Shown one piece after another: positions 43,561-52,759 of a stretch of DNA of 64,000 nt. This stretch comes from a virus. Taxonomy: Duplodnaviria; Heunggongvirae; Uroviricota; Caudoviricetes. The DNA is taken from the IMG/VR virus record IMGVR_UViG_3300042890_002891, positions 66,831-130,830 of that record. One strand, given 5' to 3'. A program made the position numbers and the translations under genes. Every line of letters starts with the position of its first letter. Positions within the stretch are counted from its first letter, which is position 1. A model generated the notes under the pieces. That model was not told the origin of the DNA. It searched no databases and saw only the letters and a list, made by a program, of their open reading frames with translations.

Positions 43561-44157
43561 TCAAGATGTAATAGTAATTTCTCTGCAATCAGGATAAACT
43601 ACCAGAGGCATGTTGGGTGGTGTCTGCTCAAATCCTTGTAGTACAGTCAGAGCCTGTACAGCTTCTTCTATGGTGGGTTTATAGTGATAACCAACTCGAA
43701 ATGTTCTTTGTGCAGGCCAGGGTGCGATAGAGAGATCGCGACCGTCGTAGCGTTGCTGAATCATGGTCTGATATGCATCACGATCGTCCAACAAGATAGC
43801 GCCACCACGACCCACGCTCAAGGGCTTGCCGTGCCCAAAGCTCACACACTGCATCTGTCCTTTGCGATACATGTTGCGTTCCATGTGTCTAGCACTGTCC
43901 CAGATCCTGGTGTTGTGAAACTGATACTCAGTGGTCCAACGCTGCCATTCATGATCTAGGTAAGAGTATTCAATGCCCAGCTTGTGCATCAGCATGGGAA
44001 TACTTAGATAGGTGTAGGGCGTGAACGTGACCGTCTTTGTTTGGTCATGCCTCAAGCAAAGCTCAATGGCATGTGTGCAACAATCAGTCATGATCGCATA
44101 AGGAGCACCGGTGTATTCAGCCAGTGCAGTTTCAAACTCAAGTATCTTGCAGAACAT
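43561..44157 (-). CDS. DegT/DnrJ/EryC1/StrS-like PLP aminotransferase (short form)
   Basis: FE..LA.Y.GA, CT.A, DSA, SF...KPL..G.GG. Confidence 0.8.
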   Translation of the reverse strand: MFCKILEFETALAEYTGAPYAIMTDCCTHAIELCLRHDQTKTVTFTPYTYLSIPMLMHKLGIEYSYLDHEWQRWTTEYQFHNTRIWDSARHMERNMYRKGQMQCVSFGHGKPLSVGRGGAILLDDRDAYQTMIQQRYDGRDLSIAPWPAQRTFRVGYHYKPTIEEAVQALTVLQGFEQTPPNMPLVVYPDCREITITS

Positions 44158-44158
44158 G

Positions 44159-45109
44159 TTATCGATTGTACCATGCCCATGCATGCGATATCATGTCATG
44201 TAGATCATGCCGTCGCCATGCACCACCAGAGATCTCATCAATCTTGGCTGCACTAGCAGTCAGTACAGGAGGATCGCCTGGTCTAGCTGGACCAATGGTC
44301 ATGACCACAGCATGTCCAGTGACTTGTTGTGCTTGTGTGATAATTTCTTGATTGCTAACACCTGTGCTGGTGCCTAGATTGTACACACCTGGTTCCAGTT
44401 GAGGGTCCAGAGCCAGTCTGTGCGCCCGTGCAATGTCTTCCACATGCACATAGTCCCGAACGCAGGTGCCATCTGGTGTGGCATAGTCAATGCCATTGAG
44501 TGTGAACTCTTGCCCCTGCATGATACTTTCTAGCACTCGAGCAATGATGTGTGTGGCTCCGGGTTCTTGTCCGTGGCGACCTTGACTGTCTGCGCCGCAG
44601 GCATTGAAGTAACGAAATGCCACATAGTCCAGTCCATACGCACGATGATAACTCGCCAAGATCTGCTCTACCATCAGCTTGCTTTCACCATAGGGACTGA
44701 TGGGTTCTTTGGGATCAACTTCGTGACACGGAGTCATAACAGGTTCACCATACACTGCTGCACTTGAACTAAAGATAAATCTGGCTCGGGGTATAGCAGC
44801 CATAACAATGTTCAACAGATTAAGAGTCTTGACCACATTGTTGTGGTAGTATTCAGACGGGCGCAGAATACTGGGACCAACCAAGCTGGTGCCTGCACAG
44901 TGTATGACGGCTGTGGGTTGTACAGAAATCAATTTACGATAAGATTCATCGCTGTCAAAGTCTGCTTGCACAAAGTCCATGACATCTTGAAGATGATGCG
45001 GCAGAGGTCTGCGATCAATGCCAACCACTGTGTGTCCTGCGTCTTTCAACAGCAGTGCAATTTCGCCGCCAATGTAACCTGCGGCACCTGTAACTACAAT
45101 GGTGCTCAT
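44159..45109 (-). CDS. galE: UDP-glucose 4-epimerase
   Basis: GAAGYIG, FSSSAAVYG, YGESK, RYFN..GA, DGTCVRDYVHV.D. Confidence 0.9.
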   Translation of the reverse strand: MSTIVVTGAAGYIGGEIALLLKDAGHTVVGIDRRPLPHHLQDVMDFVQADFDSDESYRKLISVQPTAVIHCAGTSLVGPSILRPSEYYHNNVVKTLNLLNIVMAAIPRARFIFSSSAAVYGEPVMTPCHEVDPKEPISPYGESKLMVEQILASYHRAYGLDYVAFRYFNACGADSQGRHGQEPGATHIIARVLESIMQGQEFTLNGIDYATPDGTCVRDYVHVEDIARAHRLALDPQLEPGVYNLGTSTGVSNQEIITQAQQVTGHAVVMTIGPARPGDPPVLTASAAKIDEISGGAWRRHDLHDMISHAWAWYNR

Positions 45110-46311
45110 GATTGAGCCTGTTGTAGTCGATATTTGGCTGTGGCAGCATGATCGCGATATCGATTGCCATCTCTGGCCCAGATGTCGCCTTTGCCTTCGA
45201 TGATATCAATCACACGATCCACTGTGCCATCTGTCCAGTCACTGATCCGGCCCATGTTCTTGTGTGGCACTAACAATAACTTTTCCAGTTTGTTTAGAGC
45301 ATCTTCTATGCTCCAGGGCACATACAGTCTTTCGTGATCGTTGGCAAACGTTTCAGGAAAACTTCTATACGCGGGATACAGCACATTGGCGCCTAGTGCG
45401 TCTGCTTCACTCACTGTGTTTGATACCCAGTCTTGCAGCGCACAGTTGAACACCACACGGCTGTCATTGACAATGTTGTAGTATTCATTCTTGCCTAGAT
45501 CTTGGTGAATAGTCAGTTTACCTGCTGCTTCTAGTTCATGGGTTCTGGCCATGTAGGAGTCATTGTTGGACTTTAACACACCGCCTGAGCAGATGCAAAA
45601 CTCCACAGCAGTCAAGGGATGACGGCGATGATATGCTTCAATTAGATCCATGTAGAAATCCGGTTGCTTCTCCTGATCCCATCTTGCAGAAAATACCACA
45701 CGATGACGGCGTTGGGCAAACGGAAGAATACCGGCTGCTCCGCCCACACGTTCTTGTACTTCTTCTTTGCCAAACGCCAGACCTGAGATGTTGTAGATAG
45801 GAGCCGTCCAGCCTGCAACACGCATGTGGGCAACCATCTCTTCGTTGGTGGCAAGTACTCCGGTTACAAACTCATTAACCATTTGCTCATAAAGTCCCAT
45901 CCATTTAGCCATACCCCACACGTGAACAAAATCATCAGGGTCGATAGACTGAGCGAGACAACGCACGTAAATGCGAGGCCGCAGCTCAGCAGGTACCTGG
46001 TCCAGTATGTACGGAAGTGATTCGATACCTGGCTGAAACATGTCTTCAAAATAGATAACGTCTTCATGTGTGACCTCACCATTCTTCATGAGTTGCACCA
46101 AGTTCATCATCTGGCTCATACCAAAGTAACTGCGCCCGTGTGCGTCCAGAACTTGGCCAACACTGATGGCTTGTGTGTTATCTATAGTTATGCCAGGCAC
46201 ATAAACAACATCTAGTCCACGACGATCAAACACACGCCGATTCCATTCTGTTAGTTGTAGAGTGTAACGGGCTTTGTAACTTTCAAGTCCCATGTAGTAT
46301 AGTTTTCTCAT
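45106..46311 (-). CDS. GT-B glycosyltransferase
   Basis: F..R...EKQP, A.QD.....EA...G.....P. Confidence 0.7.
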   Translation of the reverse strand: MRKLYYMGLESYKARYTLQLTEWNRRVFDRRGLDVVYVPGITIDNTQAISVGQVLDAHGRSYFGMSQMMNLVQLMKNGEVTHEDVIYFEDMFQPGIESLPYILDQVPAELRPRIYVRCLAQSIDPDDFVHVWGMAKWMGLYEQMVNEFVTGVLATNEEMVAHMRVAGWTAPIYNISGLAFGKEEVQERVGGAAGILPFAQRRHRVVFSARWDQEKQPDFYMDLIEAYHRRHPLTAVEFCICSGGVLKSNNDSYMARTHELEAAGKLTIHQDLGKNEYYNIVNDSRVVFNCALQDWVSNTVSEADALGANVLYPAYRSFPETFANDHERLYVPWSIEDALNKLEKLLLVPHKNMGRISDWTDGTVDRVIDIIEGKGDIWARDGNRYRDHAATAKYRLQQAQS

Positions 46312-46326
46312 AAAATATGCCTTTGT

Positions 46327-46911
46327 TTATTTAAAATTTGGACCGTTCACCCAACCTACCAAACTGTATCGTATGCCTTGAGTCACCGGAGTAACATCGT
46401 GAACCATCCAGGTTGGGAAGAAAATTATTTTTCCTCTAGTTCTTGGTGCAATCTCTGGTTGAGTTTTGATGTAGTGGAATCTTAGATCCCCACCAGTGTA
46501 CTCGTTGTCGTCTGATAATTGAATACTAAAACTCAACTTCCTGTTAGGAAACGGTCGTCCAAGATCCATGTGTTTTTGATAATTGCTGTTATTTTTTCCA
46601 TCGTACACTGTGAATTGTAACGCAGTCAGGTGGGTCAAGTCAAATTGAAAATACTCGTTATTGACTTTTTTAATAGCATCGGTTAAAGTAGCGTACACCC
46701 AGTCAAAATCTGATTCTGTCTCGTCAGACTTTAACCATGCAATATCACAAACACGATAATCCGAAATTGAACCGCTCACAGTACCGGATGTTTTTTTTAC
46801 CCTGTTTCCTTGAATAACAATTTCATCCAGCTCTTGGTCAGTAAAAATATTTTCCAAAGCAACCCAACTGGTGTTATCCTTGGAAATACTAACCAATGGC
46901 CATTTGGTCAT
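46327..46911 (-). CDS. 2OG-Fe(II) oxygenase
   Basis: HMD, RKLS, Y.GGDL, FPT..H.VTPVT.G.RYSLV.W. Confidence 0.9.
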   Translation of the reverse strand: MTKWPLVSISKDNTSWVALENIFTDQELDEIVIQGNRVKKTSGTVSGSISDYRVCDIAWLKSDETESDFDWVYATLTDAIKKVNNEYFQFDLTHLTALQFTVYDGKNNSNYQKHMDLGRPFPNRKLSFSIQLSDDNEYTGGDLRFHYIKTQPEIAPRTRGKIIFFPTWMVHDVTPVTQGIRYSLVGWVNGPNFK

Positions 46912-47318
46912 TTGTTTACTAGTCCTTTTATATACTGATCTTTTATATACTGATCTCTCAAACTCTGTACCTGTTGATCTTGTGCCCAGGTCTCGTTGGG
47001 ATAAAGTCTACTTTCAACTTGCCCAAATGTTGTGCCGTTGTACTTGGCTGTTGCGATAGCTCGGTCTCTTTCGGCCAACACACGATTTTCAACAACACCT
47101 AGTCTTCTATTTAGGTTGGTGACATCATTCACTAATCTTCTCAGCGGACCACGCTCAACAGAAGTCTTGGCTTCAGGTCTTGTTAGTGCAACAATCATCA
47201 ACAAGCCCCGCAAGGCGTCAATCACTCGCGGGTCTTGACTGGTCAGTGCTTCATCAAACATGTTGATAAAACGATCTAGATCAAAGTCTGCAGAATCTTT
47301 TTCTCTTGATCCACTCAT
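46908..47318 (-). CDS. hypothetical protein
   Basis: Coupled ORF. Confidence 0.6.
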   Translation of the reverse strand: MSGSREKDSADFDLDRFINMFDEALTSQDPRVIDALRGLLMIVALTRPEAKTSVERGPLRRLVNDVTNLNRRLGVVENRVLAERDRAIATAKYNGTTFGQVESRLYPNETWAQDQQVQSLRDQYIKDQYIKGLVNK

Positions 47319-47542
47319 GCAGGACGAAATCCAGCCAGTCTACGAGCATCTTCCCACCACATGTTCTTGGCATTCTTGCCCTGGTGCCACTTGTTGAACT
47401 GCTGCCATGCATAGCTCTTGAAGTTGTAGAGATCGCTTTCATTGTAGCGATATCCGTATTCCTGACAAAAATCCATATACGCTTCGAGGTCCTCGAAGAT
47501 CTCAGTTACACGGGGATTGGATTTGAAAGACAATTTGGCCAT
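47315..47542 (-). CDS. hypothetical protein
   Basis: ORF with AAGGAG SD. Confidence 0.65.
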   Translation of the reverse strand: MAKLSFKSNPRVTEIFEDLEAYMDFCQEYGYRYNESDLYNFKSYAWQQFNKWHQGKNAKNMWWEDARRLAGFRPA

Positions 47543-47553
47543 GATGGCTCCTT

Positions 47554-48006
47554 TTAGATATTGATAGATTGAACAGGGCGGTGAGTTTCATACTTGACCA
47601 GTGCGCCGTTTTCACCATCTTCGGACACTTCGATCCAGATTGCACGATCTGGATATCGGGAGGCAATCTGAGCATAAAGATCATCTGCCATCATTTCGCA
47701 ACTTTTGTAATCTAGACTCAGAGTGGAATCACGATACAGATTCTCAAGCCACCGTTTGAACTGGATGAACTCGATGTCCCGATCATTATGGAACACATCG
47801 ACCCACACCCTGAAATGAAAGATGTGGCGGTGAGGACTAGCAAGAAACGATACATCATATTCATCTCCAGTGGCCAAGGCAGGATCTGTGGCAGCAGCTG
47901 GATATTTATGGATTCCTTCTTTTTGGAATGTGACCCAAATTTGTCGACGGGCATGCTGCATGATTCTGCTGCGGGTGTCTGCTAGTGATTGTTCTCGTTG
48001 ATTCAT
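47554..48006 (-). CDS. QueD-like T-fold protein, probable DpdL (CDG decarboxylase)
   Basis: LASPHRHIF fits the LxxxHRHxF signature; SCEM, V.EDGENG. Confidence 0.65.
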   Translation of the reverse strand: MNQREQSLADTRSRIMQHARRQIWVTFQKEGIHKYPAAATDPALATGDEYDVSFLASPHRHIFHFRVWVDVFHNDRDIEFIQFKRWLENLYRDSTLSLDYKSCEMMADDLYAQIASRYPDRAIWIEVSEDGENGALVKYETHRPVQSINI

Positions 48007-48512
48007 AATGTTTTGTCCTTGGTATATTTAGACCAGTCAGTGAAGTGATCTCGATTTTGTAATTCATGCACACTATGACACCATACTCCGGGATTGGTTG
48101 CGTCAAAGTCTCGGTCATCCAGTTTGAGTGTGGCATTGTAGCCCAGTTGCTGAATGTACGGCAACTTGACCGATATCATGGGAATAAAGTTGTGGTGTTC
48201 GCACAATCCTGATTCCAGCAGGCCTTCTACACATCGAACATCTATGTCCAGGGTGCATAGATAGTCGCGATCAAGAAAGCCTTGGATCATGTCTTCCCAA
48301 GGTTTCCACGCAGCAGCATCATTTATATCTGGATTGGGAAAACTTTGATTAGCACCAAAGTAGATATGACGCCGTCCATTCAAGCGATACGCAATCCATT
48401 CCGCCTCTTGAATACCTACCACAAACAATGTGGGCATGCCATATGCTGGTGTGTGTTCTACTTCTGTTCCAGTAAAGAACTTTACTGATTCGTCGTGATC
48501 TGGTCTAATCAT
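48003..48512 (-). CDS. conserved hypothetical protein in the deazaguanine locus
   Basis: Coupled between the DpdA-like and DpdL-like genes. Confidence 0.65.
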   Translation of the reverse strand: MIRPDHDESVKFFTGTEVEHTPAYGMPTLFVVGIQEAEWIAYRLNGRRHIYFGANQSFPNPDINDAAAWKPWEDMIQGFLDRDYLCTLDIDVRCVEGLLESGLCEHHNFIPMISVKLPYIQQLGYNATLKLDDRDFDATNPGVWCHSVHELQNRDHFTDWSKYTKDKTL

Positions 48513-50164
48513 GTTGCCTGCTCGTTTTCAAGTTGATCTAGTGCTGCTGTACTTAATTGTACTACATCATCTGTGATCATGTCAACCTCTTCCACGTCAA
48601 AAAGAGCATTGAACTTTGTGTTAGCATTCACGGTCTTTTTGCCTTTGAAACCACGTGTGCCAATGATGTCCATCCAGTATTTGGAATAGTGTTCAATTAT
48701 GGCTTCTGACTCGTCTCGATCAGTGGTAGCAAAAATTGCATCCACAATGTCTGCAAATCGTGCATGGTCACCACTTTCATTCCACATCATGTATGGCCAT
48801 TCGGCACCTGCGTCGAATGTTTGGTTTGCTCGTTGCACCGATTCTAAATGTGTCCACACATTGTGACCCATGAGCAAGGCATAGCTAAAACTATCCCAAC
48901 TGGTCTTGCCATTCTTACCAATTTTGTTTAGATCTGGTGGCACATGAAAGTGAGTCATGTTGTTGGGATCAAATATTTCACCATTCAATTCTGCATCAGT
49001 TTTGCGAACACCCGGTTTGTAAACACAAATATCCTTCATCTGCAACTGACTACTGATAGGGCTTTCGTCAAAGTGGTCCACAAATTTTTCTGCTACCACA
49101 GTTGGTCCATATGGGCGTGTGTCTGTGGAATATTTTTTGTCATCCACAATGGGGCTCATTCGATAGCTCCATTTTTCATTGTGTGTTAGATCAATTTCGT
49201 GATACACTTGACCGTTTGCAGTGGCCAGGAACGGACTGGCACAATCAAAGCTGATGGTAAAGGTTGGATTCACATATTTCCGTATGGCCCGTTGAATCAC
49301 AGTGAGCAACACTGCCCACTCCAGTTTGCTTGTGCCCAAAAAGTGCATCCAATCGTGAGTGCCTGATTGCAACAAGTTATCATGCCGTAGTGCTACCAGT
49401 CTGCGAAGTATCAGGTGGACGTCACACATGTTCTGCCCGCCCATGGCCCAGCCATCAAAGTGTGTGTCCGGGTATTTCACAGGGTCACAATAGTCCTTCA
49501 TTTCCTGATACCAAGATTCTGCACTGGTGTGATTGTCGCCTTGCAGCACATTTAAAATCTTTGTTCCGCCGTCGTTCTTTCCTCGACGATTCTTCATAAA
49601 GTACTCGTTGTTGTACTTGGTTGCTGCCACAGCTTCAGGCAAGGTCTTGATGCCACATGCGTCGCTGGCTTTCTTGTCATGGATAACCCAGGTGGGAATA
49701 TCCAGGGTCATTGCATAGTCACTGATACCATCCAGCCATTTGAGAATAGCGTCACGCTTCTTTTGTGCTTTGGCACAACCTGAGTTGGCCTTCCAGTCAC
49801 CTTCCCACAAGCCCTTGGCAATCTGGAATCCGCCTGAGTCACCCAGCATGAATGTGCCAGGCTCGCGATTGCGAACCATGTCCTCCGACCAGTCCTGCTT
49901 GGTCAAATCCAGATTGGCATGACCACCGGAATACAGGCTCCACTTGTAGGGAAACAAGGCTTTAGAACTGTTGAGCCAATTCATTTGTTCCATGTCTGGT
50001 ATACCGCTGGGCATACGACTGGGAGCAACATAAGGACCGTTTACAGGATCACGCTGTTTACCTATGTATGTTGCATAGAATCCAGAGATAGCCGGAAGGA
50101 ACACAGCATATTGACTTAGTCCATCAGGACCCAGTTGTTTTTCAGTAAAATTATCTTGAGTCAT
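48509..50164 (-). CDS. TGT-fold transglycosylase (DpdA/queuine tRNA-ribosyltransferase-like)
   Basis: GDSGGFQ, LDIP, VLQG, HFLG, SFD.AS motifs. Confidence 0.8.
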   Translation of the reverse strand: MTQDNFTEKQLGPDGLSQYAVFLPAISGFYATYIGKQRDPVNGPYVAPSRMPSGIPDMEQMNWLNSSKALFPYKWSLYSGGHANLDLTKQDWSEDMVRNREPGTFMLGDSGGFQIAKGLWEGDWKANSGCAKAQKKRDAILKWLDGISDYAMTLDIPTWVIHDKKASDACGIKTLPEAVAATKYNNEYFMKNRRGKNDGGTKILNVLQGDNHTSAESWYQEMKDYCDPVKYPDTHFDGWAMGGQNMCDVHLILRRLVALRHDNLLQSGTHDWMHFLGTSKLEWAVLLTVIQRAIRKYVNPTFTISFDCASPFLATANGQVYHEIDLTHNEKWSYRMSPIVDDKKYSTDTRPYGPTVVAEKFVDHFDESPISSQLQMKDICVYKPGVRKTDAELNGEIFDPNNMTHFHVPPDLNKIGKNGKTSWDSFSYALLMGHNVWTHLESVQRANQTFDAGAEWPYMMWNESGDHARFADIVDAIFATTDRDESEAIIEHYSKYWMDIIGTRGFKGKKTVNANTKFNALFDVEEVDMITDDVVQLSTAALDQLENEQAT

Positions 50165-50832
50165 TGTTTTGTTCTAGCTATTAATTCGTAATCTTTTGCA
50201 TACGCCTTGATCACACGTTGCGCAAGATCGGGTCGTTGCTGTAGTCGATCAACAAAGAATTTTTGCAACAGTCGCATATTGGCATTGTTGCCAGCTGAGT
50301 TTGAGTCTAGATCCGAGTATGGAGCAAATCCAAGATAGTCTGCAATTGCTGCATCAAAGTTGCGATCCAACAAGAAGTATTTTCTCTTGACTGCGGGCAA
50401 CAGGTCCTCAACAAACTCATGCTGTGACCACACATGATCATCAAACCTATTGACAACATCAAATATCAAACGCTCAGTGGTCTGATTGTATCCGTCTATC
50501 CATTGCACTGCATCCATGGGCCAGTTGTGCGGCGAATATGGTTCGTCAGGAAACACAGGACCATTGGGACCTTGCGGCGAAAGTATATAGGTGTTTAGGT
50601 ATTGCACTATTCCACTTACCCAGCGATCCAGTGGATCTCGCAGTATCACAATCATTTCTGTTATGGTGTCACTGTGATCATCTGCCACTGCGGTCATCCA
50701 CTGATGGCGTCTTGCCCAGTCCAACATGTAGCTACTGGCGTTCTTGGGAATGTTCACAATGAATTGTGACAGATCCGGACTCAGTGTTCCGGAACCGTAA
50801 CTAAACCCTCGATCAACCAGTTGTGGGATCAT
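50161..50832 (-). CDS. sulfotransferase-like protein
   Basis: IPKNASS, LRDPLDRWVSG, H..Q. Confidence 0.65.
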   Translation of the reverse strand: MIPQLVDRGFSYGSGTLSPDLSQFIVNIPKNASSYMLDWARRHQWMTAVADDHSDTITEMIVILRDPLDRWVSGIVQYLNTYILSPQGPNGPVFPDEPYSPHNWPMDAVQWIDGYNQTTERLIFDVVNRFDDHVWSQHEFVEDLLPAVKRKYFLLDRNFDAAIADYLGFAPYSDLDSNSAGNNANMRLLQKFFVDRLQQRPDLAQRVIKAYAKDYELIARTKQ

Positions 50833-51551
50833 TTGGTCTGTGCAGGCAAAATGTAGTTGTACACGGCAAGACCAGAATTCACTGTGATTTGCATGCAGCC
50901 ATCATCAGATATCTGCATGGTTTTGTCTCCAGTCAGGCTCAGAATGCTCATGACCTGACTCACTGGCCATGACCAGGCATGCTTTAATGCACCAGTAATG
51001 TCATGCTGGAACACAAAGTTACCACTGTGCGTGGAGTGATCACCAAAGAAGAATTTGAGATCCTTGCCATCAGTCTTGACTTGAAAGTTGAGTTCTTCTG
51101 AATTGGCCTGTGCTTGCATTCGCAAACGTTGGATAGCAGCCACAGTGGGTTCAAAAGTAATATGCCAGTTTACACCTTTGAATTTCAGTGTCTTGAGTTT
51201 GTCATTCACAATATCACTTGCCATGAATCGATAGTTGTTTTTAAAGTCACCTACCTTGTTTTCAAAAGTAATGCCGTCCAGTTCACCATTGGCTTTGCGT
51301 GTGACTGCCAGTTTGGCATCTTCTCTGTATTCTTGCAAATTCAACAGTGTCTTGAGTTTGCCAAGATTGGGCATGCCAAATGTTCCAACAAAGTCAGCCA
51401 TTGGATTGGCAAACTGTGCATCGATAATAACTGATTTGTCTTCGGCTAGTCCACCAACTGTGGTAGCAGAATCAGTGCCAGTAATTTTGATTAAATCAAT
51501 ACAACCCAGGTCAAATGTGTGTTGTACAATATCTAGTAAATAGTCTTTCAT
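50829..51551 (-). CDS. putative DNA polymerase sliding clamp (gp45-like)
   Basis: 240 aa beta-rich protein near DNA pol; C-terminal Y.Y..PA. Confidence 0.6.
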   Translation of the reverse strand: MKDYLLDIVQHTFDLGCIDLIKITGTDSATTVGGLAEDKSVIIDAQFANPMADFVGTFGMPNLGKLKTLLNLQEYREDAKLAVTRKANGELDGITFENKVGDFKNNYRFMASDIVNDKLKTLKFKGVNWHITFEPTVAAIQRLRMQAQANSEELNFQVKTDGKDLKFFFGDHSTHSGNFVFQHDITGALKHAWSWPVSQVMSILSLTGDKTMQISDDGCMQITVNSGLAVYNYILPAQTK

Positions 51552-52759
51552 GTTTCGGTCCTTTTGTTAAAACGTATAATCAATCTTCGGAGTTTTTCAT
51601 CCGACAATCCCATTGCTTCTATCTTGGCAGATATTGCTCTGCGGACTTTTTTAATGTTGAGTTGTCCCTTTGTGGTGGCATCCTTGAGATCCACCGGCAA
51701 TATTGCAGCAATCTCAATCAGTGCCATTAGCTCTAGTTCATTATAGATATCTTTTGTTGATCTGTCAACTGATTCTGGTGGTGTGGCATCAATTATTATG
51801 GGCGGTGCAGCATCAATATCTTCTTTTCTAAAAATTCCTGCCAGGGCTTGTCCGCCTCTAATACTTGCCAGAACACCGGGTTTTTTTAGTTCTATCCAAC
51901 TGGTGCTGCCGTTGTTGTTGTGCTCGTAGATGATCTCGTAGCCCAGTATCTGTGCATGCTCACGCACCAATCTACCAGGAGTATAGCAACAAAAGTGATG
52001 TTCCACAAGACTTACTGCACCTTGCTGATCGCAGTTGTTGTAACTGAATACAAAACTTCCACCGGGTCTCAACAGTCCAAACACTTCGGTCATGTATTGC
52101 TTGACTATTTCCAAAGGCTTGAAGTTGAAGTAGTGAAATGAATACACAAATCCAAATTGTTGTTTTGGCAGGTTCCAAAATATCGGATCAGTGGTGTATT
52201 CCTTGACCACGTAATAGCGAAGTCTACGCTGATACTCTTCAGTAAACTGTGTTCGCATAGGCTCCAACAGTTCTGTGTCGGTGTCCACCAAGTACATGGG
52301 GTCAAGTGCTACCAGATCTTCTACACCGGGACTGTGTGCTGGCCTAATCACCATGCCTGGATAATGCCAATCAGTATACAGTTGCAATCGGCTTTGCAAA
52401 AACACCCAGGTCAAGGGTTCTATAGACAGTTGTCTTGATAGAATATATTCTGGCGTGTCTTTTTTCATACCAGTTTGATATAGGTCTGTGCTGTCAGCAA
52501 AATATGCAGGCTCTTGTTGCACAATTAAATCCTGTACACTATCCCTAAGTTGCTGTAGATTTTGATCAAACTGTCCAAGAAATTTCTCAGCACGACTCTT
52601 TGATTCGTTCAAACTGTCCAGGGCATCGGGCACCTGCACTCGACTGTCTTCAACAATTTTCACAATCTTTTTCAGCTCTCCGATAGTTTCAGTTGCAGTT
52701 GCCTGCACACTCAAGGTGTCCAGAGTATTTAGATATCCAACAAGGTCACTTAATTTCAT
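51548..52759 (-). CDS. methyltransferase-domain protein
   Basis: QFGFVYS, LLRPGG.F.F post-II motifs. Confidence 0.65.
   Translation of the reverse strand: MKLSDLVGYLNTLDTLSVQATATETIGELKKIVKIVEDSRVQVPDALDSLNESKSRAEKFLGQFDQNLQQLRDSVQDLIVQQEPAYFADSTDLYQTGMKKDTPEYILSRQLSIEPLTWVFLQSRLQLYTDWHYPGMVIRPAHSPGVEDLVALDPMYLVDTDTELLEPMRTQFTEEYQRRLRYYVVKEYTTDPIFWNLPKQQFGFVYSFHYFNFKPLEIVKQYMTEVFGLLRPGGSFVFSYNNCDQQGAVSLVEHHFCCYTPGRLVREHAQILGYEIIYEHNNNGSTSWIELKKPGVLASIRGGQALAGIFRKEDIDAAPPIIIDATPPESVDRSTKDIYNELELMALIEIAAILPVDLKDATTKGQLNIKKVRRAISAKIEAMGLSDEKLRRLIIRFNKRTET

Noticed and set aside
46928-46955. Tandem TTTTATATACTGATC duplication
   Set aside because: Only two copies, in frame (DQYIK twice) at a C-terminus; most likely local slippage.
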